Shown in pieces: positions 31,870 to 43,519 of a stretch of DNA of 64,000 bases. Source of the DNA: Nostoc sp. (GTDB lineage Bacteria; Cyanobacteriota; Cyanobacteriia; Cyanobacteriales; Nostocaceae); assembly GCA_036918135.1 (NCBI GenBank), contig JBALDB010000005.1:64001-128000 (forward strand), given 5' to 3'. The notes beneath the pieces were generated by a model. The model saw nothing but the letters and a program-made list of their open reading frames with translations, had not been told where the DNA came from and did no database searches. Both the position numbers and the translations under genes were made by a program. The first letter of the stretch is position 1. Every line of letters begins with the position of its first letter.

Positions 31870-32021
31870 ACTGGTTTGTTTTGCAAAATCTTTGCAGCAT
31901 ATCAATTAATTGTAGAGGCGCACAACTGTACGCCCCTACCTATCTATATTAGCTATTTTGTGAAATGGTATTAAAGGCAGAGTAAATTCATACTTAATTT
32001 CAGAAACACAGTTTTTATTTT

Positions 32022-32819
32022 CTACTTGAATTTGGGCAAATTATTCGGGTCAATACCCTGAGATTGCAAATAAGCCATTAGCTGTTCTTTTTGCTGGCGT
32101 TCCTGTTCGGCACGTTGACGTTCTTGTTCGGCGCGTTGGCGTTCCTGTTCGGCGCGTTGGCGTTCCTGTTCAATCTGTTCTACAGCCCACGGTAACAAAT
32201 TACCATCTCGATCCCACCAGCGCAACCAATAACCAGTTCGCGCTTCTTTTGTGCCTTGCCAAGTTCCTAAAAATAAGCCCATTACATCAACCCAATGACG
32301 GCCATTTTCATCGGGTTGCTTTAACTCATAACGTTGATTTTCCAGTTGATAATATTCTAATAAGCCGCCATTTGGGTCAAAAATTACGTAGAAGGGAATC
32401 TGTAAAATTTGCTCGTAGAAAAACCATTTTCCTGGTGGATAACTTCGCTTTACCGAATATTCACCACCTTCAGTGTCGGATAGAAATTCCATAGCGACCG
32501 CCGGAATATCTCCTTCTAAATTCGGTGTATAACTTTTACGATTACCTACAACTTCATTCACCGATGGTACATAAACCCAGTCTGGTGCTTTGGCAATAAA
32601 TTGCCCGTTGACAGTGGCACAAAGACCAAAGTTTGAAGCTATCAACATTTGAGGTTGAATGAATCCATTAATTTCTAGACTTTCACGTAAAGCACCAGCC
32701 AAAAGTGGCTGATCGGTATTCTCCACTGGTTCATCCTCTAGTTGAAAATCTTTGGGCAACGCTTCCCAAGAGATTACCTGTTCAATTTTGGATTTGGCTT
32801 GGCTGAGTTGGGTTGCCAT
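32022..32819 (-). CDS. Uma2-family protein with EQERQRA tail
   Basis: APDWVYV, AMEFLS, YVIFDP, WLRWWDRDGNLL, heptad tail. Confidence 0.9.
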   Translation of the reverse strand: MATQLSQAKSKIEQVISWEALPKDFQLEDEPVENTDQPLLAGALRESLEINGFIQPQMLIASNFGLCATVNGQFIAKAPDWVYVPSVNEVVGNRKSYTPNLEGDIPAVAMEFLSDTEGGEYSVKRSYPPGKWFFYEQILQIPFYVIFDPNGGLLEYYQLENQRYELKQPDENGRHWVDVMGLFLGTWQGTKEARTGYWLRWWDRDGNLLPWAVEQIEQERQRAEQERQRAEQERQRAEQERQQKEQLMAYLQSQGIDPNNLPKFK

Positions 32820-32950
32820 AAACACAGCATGAATTTATTTTTAATTTATTTTATCGCTTACAGGACAGCTATGGAGGCGATGCGATCGGAGATTCTCTAA
32901 CTAATTTCTGTCTTAAGAGTAACAAAAGTTGGTTTTTTGCGATTAGTGAA

Positions 32951-33355
32951 TCAGGCTTTGAGATACCTTTGTAGCCGTTGATTTAAAGTTCCTGTGTGTA
33001 ACTCAAATAAATGATTGTCATAGTCGTAAAAATACAAGGAACGTCCTTCGCCTTCCACACGGGTTCGACCTTCATTCACTTCCACCCCAAGGCTTTTTAC
33101 TCTAGTGGCATATAGTTCGTAGTCTTGTTCAGCTATTTTTAAAGCCAGATGGTTATAAGTTTTCTCTAATAAAGGCTCACCCTCCATAATTGCAACCCAT
33201 AAATCATTTATCAGGAAGAATTTTTCTTTTGATATGGAGAATGTTTGTTCGCCACTAGAATAAACTTCCTTAGCATCAAATATAAATGTCAAAAATTTTT
33301 TCATTTTTTCTAAATCTTTGACAATGAATGTGATATGACTAATTCCTTGAATCAT
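32951..33355 (-). CDS. fosX: FosX-family fosfomycin resistance hydrolase (VOC fold)
   Basis: GISHITFIVKDL, FSISKEKFFLI, TYNH, RVEGEGRSLYFYDYDNHLFELHTGTL. Confidence 0.9.
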   Translation of the reverse strand: MIQGISHITFIVKDLEKMKKFLTFIFDAKEVYSSGEQTFSISKEKFFLINDLWVAIMEGEPLLEKTYNHLALKIAEQDYELYATRVKSLGVEVNEGRTRVEGEGRSLYFYDYDNHLFELHTGTLNQRLQRYLKA

Positions 33356-33420
33356 TTGTTTTTATGTTTTACTAAAATTTTTTTTAATAATTTTATCAAA
33401 AAATTAGCGTTAATTACAAA

Positions 33421-33444
33421 AAAAGGGCAGGAAACCTACCCTTT
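33421..33444 (-). terminator. Probable terminator after glgP
   Basis: AAAGGGCAGG-AAA-CCTACCCTTT hairpin followed by a T run on the minus strand. Confidence 0.6.
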
Positions 33445-33469
33445 ATTTAATCAGGAAAATAAAAATGCT

Positions 33470-35683
33470 CTAAAGCAGAACTTTAGCTAAAATTGGTTCC
33501 ACAGTTTTAGAAATTTCTGGGACATAGACCTGTGAAACGTAGTCAGCAATCATTCTGTCAGTGTTGAATAACGGCGCATTTGTCTTAATCGACGTTTTCA
33601 TCATCTGCACCCAGCGATGGGGAATCCCTTGAGCATCTTGGTCATAATATAAAGGAACGATTTCTTCTTCTAAGAGCTGATAAAGCGATCGCGAGTCAAT
33701 ACGATCTTGCAATACTTGGTCGCTAGTATTAGCATCTTCACCAATTGCCCAACCGTTAATTCCCTTACCATCGGCGCCTGCTTGATAACCTTCACACCAC
33801 CAGCCATCCAGAACGCTGCAATTAAGACCGCCGTTAAAGCAGACTTTTTGCCCACTCGTACCAGAAGCCTCCAAGGGACGACGCGGATTATTTAACCAAA
33901 CATCCACACCTTGCACCAATTTTTGACCAGTGTAAATGTCGTAATCTTCAATAAAGGCGACTCGGTTAATAATGCCGGAGTTGTGACACCATTCCATTAA
34001 CCGCTGAATAATCCGCTTACCTTCTTCATCCGCTGGATGGGCTTTTCCTGCAAAGATAATTTGTACTGGACGTGATTTATTGCCAAAAATCTCCAATGCC
34101 CGTTGGGCGTCGCGCAAAATTAGATCCCCGCGTTTGTAGGGGCTGAAGCGTCTAGCAAATCCAATGGTCAACACATTGGGGTCGAGTAGCCTTTCGGTAG
34201 CTTGAATGAGGTCATAATTTTCGCCACGCAATTCCCGCGATTTCTTGACTTTATAACGGGTGAAAGCAATCAATCGTTCTTTGAGGATGAGATGTCGTGA
34301 CCACAGTTCCTCATCGGGAATTTCGTCAACTTTAGCCCACATCTTGGGATCGACGGCACGAGTTTTCCAGTCTTCTCCCAAATACTCTTTATATAAGTCA
34401 GCCAATAACGGTGCAGTCCAAGTAGGTGCATGAACGCCATTGGTAATGTAACCAATTGGTACTTTGTCTTCGGATCGCTGCGGATAGAGAACTGTCCACA
34501 TCTTACGGGAAACTTGACCGTGCAATTCACTGACGCCATTACAAGCACGAGACATCCGCAATGCTAAAACGGTCATCCCAAAGGGTTCCCAAGGGTCGCC
34601 TAGTCGCCTTGCACCCAATGCCAAAAATTGCTCGCGGGAAAGTCGCAATTGCGGCCAGTAGCTGGCAAAGAAGGAGTCAATTAAATCCGGGGAGAAGACG
34701 TCATGACCTGCGGGAACGGGGGTATGGGTAGTGAATACACAACTGTTCCGCACCTTGGCTTCGATGTCGTAGAAAGATTTGCCAGTCCGCTCAATTTCTA
34801 AGCGGGCAATTTCCAATGTGCAGAATGCAGCGTGTCCTTCGTTGAGGTGATAGACAGAAGGTTGAATTCCCAAAGCGTCCAAAGCCCGGACACCACCAAT
34901 GCCCAAAACAACTTCTTGAGCGATACGGGTTTCTAAGTTACCCCCGTATAGGTGTCCCGTCAGCCAGCGGTCAATGGGATCGTTATCGTTGCGATCGCTA
35001 TCTAATAAATATAAAGTCACTCGCCCGACTTGCACTCGCCAAATTTGCACTTTCACAAACCGCTGGCGAACTTGTAGCTGGATAATTAACGGCTCCCCTT
35101 GGTCATTTTTAATTAACTCTAGGGGCATCTGGTGGAAGGGGTTGTCAATATAATAATCTTCTTGCCAACCGTGGCGGCTCAAGCGTTGCCGAAAATAACC
35201 TTGGCGATACAACAAGCCGACTCCAACCATCGGTACGCCTAAATCTGATGATGATTTCAGGTGATCCCCAGCCAGAATGCCCAAGCCGCCAGAATAAACA
35301 GGTAGCGATTCATGGATGCCAAATTCGGCACAAAAGTAGGCAATGGGGCGGTCTTTGGATACTTGCGGTGCAACTCGACTTACCCAAGTATCTTGCTGTT
35401 TAATATATTGGTCAAACTCACGCGCCAGGGCAGATATCTGCTTGAGGTAAAATGGGTCTTCTGCTAATTGGGTGAGACGTTCGTAGCTTGCCGACTCTAA
35501 AATTGCGACTGGATTATGCCCGCAGCGTTCCCATTCTTGGGGATCGATGCTTTGGAATAGCGAGATGCGATCGCCACTCCAACTCCACCAGTAGTTATAA
35601 GCCAAATCTGCCAAACGCTTGAGCGGTAAAGGTAACTTTTCACTCAAGTGTCTTGCCGATCCTGTTGCACTGCTGTCAACCAT
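33470..35683 (-). CDS. glgP: Alpha-glucan (glycogen) phosphorylase
   Basis: YSGGLGILAGDHLK, HLNEGH, FTTHTPVPAGHD, ITNGVH, EASGTSGQK. Confidence 0.98.
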   Translation of the reverse strand: MVDSSATGSARHLSEKLPLPLKRLADLAYNYWWSWSGDRISLFQSIDPQEWERCGHNPVAILESASYERLTQLAEDPFYLKQISALAREFDQYIKQQDTWVSRVAPQVSKDRPIAYFCAEFGIHESLPVYSGGLGILAGDHLKSSSDLGVPMVGVGLLYRQGYFRQRLSRHGWQEDYYIDNPFHQMPLELIKNDQGEPLIIQLQVRQRFVKVQIWRVQVGRVTLYLLDSDRNDNDPIDRWLTGHLYGGNLETRIAQEVVLGIGGVRALDALGIQPSVYHLNEGHAAFCTLEIARLEIERTGKSFYDIEAKVRNSCVFTTHTPVPAGHDVFSPDLIDSFFASYWPQLRLSREQFLALGARRLGDPWEPFGMTVLALRMSRACNGVSELHGQVSRKMWTVLYPQRSEDKVPIGYITNGVHAPTWTAPLLADLYKEYLGEDWKTRAVDPKMWAKVDEIPDEELWSRHLILKERLIAFTRYKVKKSRELRGENYDLIQATERLLDPNVLTIGFARRFSPYKRGDLILRDAQRALEIFGNKSRPVQIIFAGKAHPADEEGKRIIQRLMEWCHNSGIINRVAFIEDYDIYTGQKLVQGVDVWLNNPRRPLEASGTSGQKVCFNGGLNCSVLDGWWCEGYQAGADGKGINGWAIGEDANTSDQVLQDRIDSRSLYQLLEEEIVPLYYDQDAQGIPHRWVQMMKTSIKTNAPLFNTDRMIADYVSQVYVPEISKTVEPILAKVLL

Positions 35684-36377
35684 ATAAATCTACACCCTCT
35701 GTTTTAACTTTTTCTCTATTTATTAGGGACTAAGGACTAGGGACTGGCGATTGGGCAATGGTTTCGCCCAATCCCCAATGCCCCATACCTAATGCCCAGT
35801 TCCTTTCATTTCCTCTTCAGATTTATAACACCAGAGTCTTCACTTACTGAATTCTCCCCTGAAGTTGGAGCTGTTTATCGACATCAAACCTTATCCAAGT
35901 AAATGGTTTTTATTGTTTTCGTCTTCTAAAGATTATCTCTGCTTTTGGACAAATTGGAAAATTTTTTATATCAAATTCATTGACATTTTTTTAACTTATT
36001 TGTTTTCTTGTAAATATTTATTTAAAAAACTAATTTTTTAACGACCACTATTTATCTGAAGTTGCTCATTAAAAGCCTTAAATAACAGAATTTAAGTCAT
36101 TTTCAGATGGTCAATTTGTACAGCGTGTAAGTCTTAAACTATTTAACTACAGATGTGTAGGGGAAAATATGAGCAGAGGTTTCTTTTGTTGGCATACCCT
36201 ACCGCAGTTTCTTGACTAAAAATTTTTACCCATCTTAAAAGGGCTGGTTATAGAGATAATACAAATTTTTCGGCTCTCAAATTAACTACTATAGCACGAT
36301 ATAAATAAACCACTTATTCCAGTTCAATGAAATAGTTGTAGGATAAAGTCACAAATGACAAATTAATAATTATTTTG

Positions 36378-37229
36378 TCACTTAACTCCTAAAGCGATCG
36401 CATGATGGCGGATATGATCTTCAATAAAACTGGCGATGAAATAATAACTGTGGTCATAACCTTCTTGGTAACGCAACTGTAGCGGCTGGTTAACATTTGC
36501 ACAAGCTTGCTCAAACACTTCTGGCAACAATTGCTCAGCTAAAAATTTATCAGCAGTGCCTTGGTCAATGAGAATCGAACTGTGATATCCTACTTTTTTG
36601 ACTAATTCACTAGCATCATAAGCACGCCAACTTTCTTGATTGCTACCAAGATAACCACTGAAAGCCTTTTGACCCCAAGGACAACGCATAGGTGCAGTGA
36701 TAGGTGCAAAAGCTGATACTGATTTGTAGAGTTTTGGGTTTCTCATTGCACAGACTAGCGCCCCATGTCCTCCCATTGAATGACCGAAAATACCTTGCTT
36801 ATCCGGCTGTGAGGGGAAGTTTGCAGTGATTAAAGTAGGTAATTCTTGAACGATATAACTATACATTTGGTAGTGTTGACGCCACGGTTCCTCAGTAGCA
36901 TCAACATAAAACCCCGCACCAGTGCCATAGTCTCGATCGTCATCCTCACCTGGAATACCAGTACTACGCGGACTAGTGTCAGGTACAACTAGTATTAAAC
37001 CATACTCAGATGCAAAGCGCTGTACCCCTCCTGCCTTAGCCATAAAATTCTCTTCTGTGCAAGTCAAACCAGAGAGAAAATAGAGAATTGGTAGAGGTTG
37101 TTGAGTTGCTTGTGGTGGTTGATAGATGGCAAAGCGCATTTCGCCGTTACAGGTTGAGGAGGAATGACTGTAAAAGCCGAGTTTGCCACCAAAGCTTTTA
37201 TATTCTGAAATCAGGTTGAGGTTAGACAT
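36378..37229 (-). CDS. fghA: S-formylglutathione hydrolase
   Basis: [36 protein letters not shown]. Confidence 0.97.
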   Translation of the reverse strand: MSNLNLISEYKSFGGKLGFYSHSSSTCNGEMRFAIYQPPQATQQPLPILYFLSGLTCTEENFMAKAGGVQRFASEYGLILVVPDTSPRSTGIPGEDDDRDYGTGAGFYVDATEEPWRQHYQMYSYIVQELPTLITANFPSQPDKQGIFGHSMGGHGALVCAMRNPKLYKSVSAFAPITAPMRCPWGQKAFSGYLGSNQESWRAYDASELVKKVGYHSSILIDQGTADKFLAEQLLPEVFEQACANVNQPLQLRYQEGYDHSYYFIASFIEDHIRHHAIALGVK

Positions 37230-37430
37230 TGGTTATATTCTCTTTCCTGAACGGTTGCCACAGAAAGATTATTTTAGCCTAAATTAAAAACAAAGGTAAT
37301 TTTGGCATTTCATATTCTAATGGTTGATAACCTAAAAGTTTCAAAGACTCTATTTGCCTGCGCTAACGACGCAAGACGCCAAGACGACAACTTGCTCACG
37401 AATTAAAAATTACGAATTAATAATATTTGG

Positions 37431-38222
37431 TTAATTAACCCTTCGATTAGGTAACTTAGTCCCACAGCTTTTACAAAACACAGCATCGACATCGTGGAAA
37501 GTCAAACCACAACTCGAACACACTGTTTCTACCTGATTAGCTGTTTTCACCACTTGCTTAATTAAATCTCCCACTTGCCAAGGAATCAGCGCAATTCCTG
37601 TAAAAATCATCAGTACTGTTAGCAAGCGCCCTAATCCAGAAATTGGAATCACATCGCCAAATCCTACAGTTGTCATTGTGACAACTGAAAAATAAAATGC
37701 ATCCAAAAATGTAGCGTATTTTTCCCGATTAACCGGATGCTCGACTTGATAAATTAAGCCAGAGTAAACAAAAACAATTGCAAACAATGTAAATAATATT
37801 CGCGCAAAAATCATACCATCTTCGGTGCTGATACTGGCGAATAAAACTTTTCTATCTATAAATCTGATTAATCGTAAAATCCGAAACCATCGCAGTAAAC
37901 GGATAAATCTGATATCCACTATTCCTATGAATAATGGTAAAATTGCCATTAAGTCAATAATCGAATAAAAGCTAAAAATATACTTAATTTTATTTTCGGC
38001 ACTCCAGAGACGGAGCAAATATTCTATTAAGAAGATGATAGCGATCGCAGTATCGGCTACGCTCAACTGTAAGCGAACAGAATCAGAAATATTATAAGTT
38101 TCTGCTACAAAAATTCCTGATGAAATGAGTACTAATACTGCAAGTGTTAAATTAATGGCTTGACCTAATGGTGTTTCCAAGTCTTTTAAGTAAAAATCTG
38201 TTATTTCTCTACTCAGTAACAT
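37431..38222 (-). CDS. 6-TM potassium channel
   Basis: S4-like RFIRLLRWFRILRLIR, filter TTVGFGD, C-terminal Zn ribbon. Confidence 0.92.
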   Translation of the reverse strand: MLLSREITDFYLKDLETPLGQAINLTLAVLVLISSGIFVAETYNISDSVRLQLSVADTAIAIIFLIEYLLRLWSAENKIKYIFSFYSIIDLMAILPLFIGIVDIRFIRLLRWFRILRLIRFIDRKVLFASISTEDGMIFARILFTLFAIVFVYSGLIYQVEHPVNREKYATFLDAFYFSVVTMTTVGFGDVIPISGLGRLLTVLMIFTGIALIPWQVGDLIKQVVKTANQVETVCSSCGLTFHDVDAVFCKSCGTKLPNRRVN

Positions 38223-38310
38223 ATTCGACCATTAACCAATTTTAATTCATAGTTATAGCATTAGAAACACGATATGGCTAATCATTATCTTGAGGTTATC
38301 TCAAGCTTAT

Positions 38311-38731
38311 ATAAACTCAGAATATTTTATGCGTTTACCATTGGCATCAGCCAAAATAGATGATACGCTTTCCGGTACAGTGATTGTTAAAGATAACGAA
38401 GTAGTTTAGCTCATAATACTGTCACAAGAGACAACGACTCATTAGCCCATGCAAAATCAACGCAATTCATAGTTTAACAGCTAAACTTCAAAACCCCTCT
38501 TTAGAAGGTTATAGCATATATACAACTGGCGAACCTTGTCTGATGTGTGCAACTGCTTGTGTTTGGAGTGATTTATCAGAAATTGTATATGGTGCTTCAA
38601 TTCAAGATATAATCACTGTAAATCAATCACAGATTGATATTACGTATGAAGAGGTCATAGCCAAATCATTTAGAAACATCAAAGGGACTCAAGGCATTTT
38701 AAAATAAGAATATTTTGCATTATTTAAATAA
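38311..38731 (+). pseudogene. Nucleoside/guanine deaminase pseudogene
   Basis: Fragments EYFMRL..., VIVKDNEVV, AHNTV..DNDSLAHA, INAI...YSIYTTGEPCLMCATACVW...IVYGAS. Two frameshifts, ATA instead of ATG, and a late stop. Confidence 0.85.
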
Positions 38732-38761
38732 GTTAATTTTTATAAAAGTAACTGAGGGAAA

Positions 38762-39079
38762 ATGTCAGAAATAGTTGGTTTAGAAGGAATGACTGTAGAA
38801 GAGGTAAACAAAGAGATAGCAAATGGTGCTAAGTTTGTCGTTTTTCTTTATTGCTTTTCTATAATAATTTTAAGCTTTAAACGTAATTCTAAAATTTACT
38901 TTATTAAGGCTGGTGAAAGTACTCTTAAAAAAAGCCTTTCATTTATATTAATTTCATTATTTTTAGGTTGGTGGGGTATACCTTGGGGAATAATTTATAC
39001 AGTACAATGTCTTTTTACTAACCTTAGAGGTGGAAAAGACATGACTGCACAAGTAATTGCTGCTTTAAGACAGACATAA
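38762..39079 (+). CDS. Small hypothetical membrane protein
   Basis: Two hydrophobic segments, LFLGWWGIPWG motif; GAGGG RBS. Confidence 0.8.
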   Translation: MSEIVGLEGMTVEEVNKEIANGAKFVVFLYCFSIIILSFKRNSKIYFIKAGESTLKKSLSFILISLFLGWWGIPWGIIYTVQCLFTNLRGGKDMTAQVIAALRQT

Positions 39080-39167
39080 ACTGATATGGGTCTAAATTGC
39101 ATAAACACTCTTTATAACTGTTAACTGTTATCAGTCATCAGTCATCGAATCTATACGGTCTTAGTTT

Positions 39168-39833
39168 TCAGGTAGACTCATTCAAATAAGACAAAAATGT
39201 ATTTGCGATAATAGCAGCTTGCGTGCGATCGCGCAAATTCAACCTATTTAAAATATTTGTAACATGATTTTTTACTGTCCCCTCAGAAATGTAAAGTTCT
39301 TGAGCAATTTCTCGGTTGCTAGCACCTGTAGCAATTAACCGCAAAACCTCCTTTTCTCTAGGAGTAAGTTCAGTTAAAGCAGATGGTACAGGTGGTAACT
39401 GAGTTGGTGCAGGTTTAGAAAATTGAGTCAATAGTTTTTTGACTATTCCTGGGCCTAATTGAGTGTATCCTTTATATACAGCGCGAATAGCAACAGCTAA
39501 TTCTTCTGAAGGTGTATCTTTCAATAAATAACCCATTGCCCCACTTTGTAAGGCTGCTGAGACATATTCATGATCGTCAAAAGTTGTGAGTACTAAAATC
39601 TTCGTTTTGGGAAAACGTTTTTGAATTTCTCGCGTGGCTGCAACTCCATCCATAACCGGCATTCTGATATCTAACAATACGACATCTGGCTGAAATTCAG
39701 CAACTAAATTAATCGCCTCTTCACCGTTTTGTGCTTCTCCCACTATCTCTAAATCTGGTTCTAGTTCTAATAACGCTCTTAATCCTTGGCGAATTAAACT
39801 TTGGTCATCTACCAGCAATACTTTAATCTTCAT
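39168..39833 (-). CDS. NarL/LuxR-family response regulator
   Basis: [22 protein letters not shown]...SNREIAQEL...TVKNHV. Confidence 0.97.
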   Translation of the reverse strand: MKIKVLLVDDQSLIRQGLRALLELEPDLEIVGEAQNGEEAINLVAEFQPDVVLLDIRMPVMDGVAATREIQKRFPKTKILVLTTFDDHEYVSAALQSGAMGYLLKDTPSEELAVAIRAVYKGYTQLGPGIVKKLLTQFSKPAPTQLPPVPSALTELTPREKEVLRLIATGASNREIAQELYISEGTVKNHVTNILNRLNLRDRTQAAIIANTFLSYLNEST

Positions 39834-41107
39834 GTCAACCTCATTAAAGGAATATTAACTATAATTTTGCAACCAGATCCAGGAGTGGTATTAATATTAA
39901 ATTCACCTCCAAGTGCTAAAGTGCGATCGCGCATACTATGAAGTCCAAAACCAGTAGTATTTTGCCTGAAATCAAAGCCTCTACCGTTATCTTGAATTAT
40001 TAATTGTAAATTGCTTCTAATGGTAGTGAGTTCTATTTTTACCTCTGTTGCAGACGCATATTTAGAAATATTTGTCAATGATTCTTGAGTAATCCGATAA
40101 ATAGCAGTATTAATTTCAGGTGGTAAGGAATATTCTAGATTGATTTGATAAATTGGGAGAATACCATTTGAGCGATGAAAAGATTCTGCAAGACCAGCGA
40201 TCGCAAGTTCTAGAGATTGCTCTTGTAAAGGGTTAGAACGCATAGTTGAAACAGATTGACGGACATCGTTAAGTGCTTTTGAACCTAATTCTTTTGCTGT
40301 TGTCAGAAATGTTTCAGCCTTAATTGGATTAGATTGCCATAATTTTAAAGCAGTTTCTAATTGCAGATTTAAAGCAGTTAGAGAATGTCCTAATGAATCG
40401 TGGATTTCACGAGCAATGCGATTTCGTTCTTCTAAAGTAGCTTGATTTTCAATTTGCATAGCATATTGGCGAAGTTTTTCGTTAGCAACAGCTAGTTTTT
40501 GGCGACTGTGCCGTTCAGATAACACTGCATTCATCATCAACAGTACGAAAACTAAACTTAGAGCAAATACCAATGACCAGTTCAAGCTCAAAAATCGAAA
40601 ACGTTCTTGAGCCTGTGGTGAAGATTGAAAACTGAATAACTGATATTTTAATTGTGTAGTTAAAAGAAATAAACTAAATGCAAGACTCGTAACAAATAAA
40701 CGTCCACGTAACTGAAAAATTAGACAACTGCGAGTTACTAAAATTATATACAGAAAAGGAAAAAGGCGAGCAAATCTTTCTCCAAAAAGTCCAGTTATTA
40801 AAATTAATAAAATTTCTGCAATTGTGTAGATTAACTTATTTTTATGGTTATCTTTAGGTAACCATAAACCCATTAATGCAAAAACAATTAGACTATAAGT
40901 TGATAATTCTGGTAAGAGATTACAAATTGATAAATCTGGAAATGTTCCACAAATGGAGAATTCTATTGGTTTAGGATGAAATCGCCGTAATGGAGGTGGT
41001 GGAGGTGGTATAACTGCTATCAAAGCAGTAATTGTCAATAATATCCATTCTAAATAAAGCAGAGATGGAAAAGGATGTTTTTTAATTTGAATTAGAGGAT
41101 CGATCAT
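39830..41107 (-). CDS. Membrane sensor histidine kinase (HisKA_3)
   Basis: [44 protein letters not shown]. Confidence 0.96.
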   Translation of the reverse strand: MIDPLIQIKKHPFPSLLYLEWILLTITALIAVIPPPPPPLRRFHPKPIEFSICGTFPDLSICNLLPELSTYSLIVFALMGLWLPKDNHKNKLIYTIAEILLILITGLFGERFARLFPFLYIILVTRSCLIFQLRGRLFVTSLAFSLFLLTTQLKYQLFSFQSSPQAQERFRFLSLNWSLVFALSLVFVLLMMNAVLSERHSRQKLAVANEKLRQYAMQIENQATLEERNRIAREIHDSLGHSLTALNLQLETALKLWQSNPIKAETFLTTAKELGSKALNDVRQSVSTMRSNPLQEQSLELAIAGLAESFHRSNGILPIYQINLEYSLPPEINTAIYRITQESLTNISKYASATEVKIELTTIRSNLQLIIQDNGRGFDFRQNTTGFGLHSMRDRTLALGGEFNINTTPGSGCKIIVNIPLMRLT

Positions 41108-41185
41108 TTTAAAGTCTTAAGTCCTAACTCTTAACTCTTAACTCCTAACTCCTATTATTTTCAGTCACATTTGTCATAATTGAAT

Positions 41186-41219
41186 CATGACTTTAGTCAT
41201 GGGTATAATCATGACTTTC
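41186..41219. promoter_or_regulatory. Putative response-regulator binding site
   Basis: Palindrome CATGAC-TTTA-GTCATG plus a second CATGACTTT 24 nt later, between the divergent kinase and spy-like genes. Confidence 0.6.
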
Positions 41220-41291
41220 TCCTCATGTGACTATTGAAGAGAAATTCTTATGATGGTGGCATCCAAACAGGAGAAAACCACGAGATAAGTA

Positions 41292-41771
41292 ATGAAACTC
41301 AAGACATTATCATTAATTGCTGGAGCGATCGCCCTAAGTTTAACTACAACTTCTTTTGCTGTTGTAGCTCAAACAGCCTCTCCTTCACCCCTGCTACTCG
41401 CACAAACTCCACAAAAACCAAAAGGCCCTTGGGCAGAATTGGGACTAACTGATACACAAAAAAGCCAAATTCAGTCAATTCGCCGCGATAGCCGCGCCAA
41501 ATATGAAGCAGTTTTGACTCCAGAACAAAAAGCAAAGTTAGAAGCAGCAAAGCAAGCACGTCAAGCTGAACGCCAAGCAGGTCAGCGTCGAGGTGGACGA
41601 AAGAATTTTGCTGACTTAAATCTGACTGAAGCACAGAAAACGCAAATGCGCCAAATTCGGGAATCAGAGAAACAACAGATTCAAGCAGTTTTAACTCCCG
41701 AACAGCGGCAAAAATTAGAGCAATTCCAGCAGAACTTCAAACAACGTCGTCAACAAAGAAATTCTCAATAA
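41292..41771 (+). CDS. Spy/CpxP-family periplasmic chaperone
   Basis: Signal peptide and four LTxxQ motifs (LTDTQ, LTPEQ, LTEAQ, LTPEQ). Confidence 0.92.
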   Translation: MKLKTLSLIAGAIALSLTTTSFAVVAQTASPSPLLLAQTPQKPKGPWAELGLTDTQKSQIQSIRRDSRAKYEAVLTPEQKAKLEAAKQARQAERQAGQRRGGRKNFADLNLTEAQKTQMRQIRESEKQQIQAVLTPEQRQKLEQFQQNFKQRRQQRNSQ

Positions 41772-41984
41772 GCTTTAATCTTTAAAAAAAGAGTTAATAG
41801 TTTGGGATGGGCAAATATCGCCCATTTCATTCCCAGCTAGCTAATTATGGGAAATTCCATAACTCTGTAGCTAAGAATTAAAGAATTATATAGACTTCTT
41901 GCAGAAGACGGGAAAGGGGAAAATTTTATCTCCTTTCCCTTTTCTTATTCTTATACCCCACTGCTATATAGCAGTGGTATCAGC

Positions 41985-43502
41985 TTAAACTTTTTTCTCA
42001 CAGACTGCTAAAAGTTCCAGAATGACTCCATTTGTCCAGCCGAAACCAATTTCGTTAGAACTATATCCAAAGCAGATTTCATCGGAAACGTTGGCAGAAC
42101 AGCGCTCAACATCATATTTCTCAACTAAAGTGTGGTGACGCCCAAATTCTTTAACTACCATAGCGAGGAATTTGTTGGCAATCCGGTCGGCTTGTGTATG
42201 ATATCCATAGCGGTGAAGTCCCTGAACAGCAATTAACGTCAGTGGTGCCCAACCAAAGGGGGCATCCCACTGGTTACCGGTGACACGAGTACTAGTAAAA
42301 ATTCCTCCTGGGGCTTCAAACAAAGAAAGATTTTCTACTAAGCGCTTGGCTTGGTTTGGGGAAGCTATTCCTAGCCAGAGGGGATAGAAGGTAGTGGCAA
42401 ATTCATAACGGCGGCGTTTTCCACTCTGGAAGTGATAATCCAGATACAGTCCGTGTTCTTCATCCCAGAGACATTGGTCGATGCGATCGCGGCGGATCTC
42501 TGCACGTTTGCGCCATTTTTGCGCTAGTTGTTCGTACCCAAAAATCTCTTTAATTTCGGCTAAGTCTTGTTCTACCTGATACAGCAAACTATTCAAGCAC
42601 ACAGGCGCGTAATGGAGGATATCAGCACTGAAGGGGCCAAATCGGTTAGTGATATCAAAACCAGACTCGCGCATGGTACGATCGCTCTTGTAAAAGAGTC
42701 TGGTCAGTTGGTCATTTTCGCGATCGTAATAAAGACTAACGTCATAATCCTCAACTTCAAAAGTTTGGTAATACTCCTTAACGCGATCGTAATGGCTTCT
42801 TCCCTGCTCATCTAGCTCAGAGAACAAAACTTCTGGTGCAGGGCCTTCCCCAAAGGCATAAAATCGGGATAACCCGGTTGCTGCATTCAGGTGGGGCGGT
42901 ACTACCCAATAATAGTAAAACTGTTCTAGTAGGGGTATCGTTGACCTGAGCCACTCTTCATTCTGGGTGTGCCGGAATAGTGCCAGAACCATCATACTGA
43001 GGACAGGCGGCTGCGATCGCGACAGCATGTAAGTCCGGTTGGAATTGAGGATAATACCGTAATGTTGCAGCTGGTACAGTAATTGGTCTACTTGGCTTTG
43101 AGCTAGTTCCAATTCCCCATCGCGCAAAAGTCCCAATAATATAAAGTAGCTGTCCCAACCATACATTTCGTTAAACCGACCGCCAGGTACAACATAAGAC
43201 CCTGGCAGATATAATAATCCATGCTCTTTAATTGCTTCGACTTCGCTGGGCAAAGTGCGAATTTCAATTTTTTGCATTTCCTGGGGAGATAGGATACCCT
43301 CCAACACTCTTTGAATATTGGGACAGTCTTCCAAAGGTGAAACATAAACAATCCACGGATTTTCTGTTTTGTGGTCTAGCTTCGTATCCTTTGCAGATTG
43401 TAATAAATGCTTATGCGATCGCGTTAACGTTTTCCACGTTTTTTTAATATGAGCTTGTAGAGCCTCAATCTCGACGGAAGTGAGTGCTAGTTGAGTAGTC
43501 AT
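41985..43502 (-). CDS. treH: Trehalase (GH37)
   Basis: VPGGRFNEMYGWDSY, RSQPP, RESGFD, QWDAPFGWAP, GFGWTNG. Confidence 0.96.
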   Translation of the reverse strand: MTTQLALTSVEIEALQAHIKKTWKTLTRSHKHLLQSAKDTKLDHKTENPWIVYVSPLEDCPNIQRVLEGILSPQEMQKIEIRTLPSEVEAIKEHGLLYLPGSYVVPGGRFNEMYGWDSYFILLGLLRDGELELAQSQVDQLLYQLQHYGIILNSNRTYMLSRSQPPVLSMMVLALFRHTQNEEWLRSTIPLLEQFYYYWVVPPHLNAATGLSRFYAFGEGPAPEVLFSELDEQGRSHYDRVKEYYQTFEVEDYDVSLYYDRENDQLTRLFYKSDRTMRESGFDITNRFGPFSADILHYAPVCLNSLLYQVEQDLAEIKEIFGYEQLAQKWRKRAEIRRDRIDQCLWDEEHGLYLDYHFQSGKRRRYEFATTFYPLWLGIASPNQAKRLVENLSLFEAPGGIFTSTRVTGNQWDAPFGWAPLTLIAVQGLHRYGYHTQADRIANKFLAMVVKEFGRHHTLVEKYDVERCSANVSDEICFGYSSNEIGFGWTNGVILELLAVCEKKV

Positions 43503-43519
43503 AATATCTCAATGAGGAG

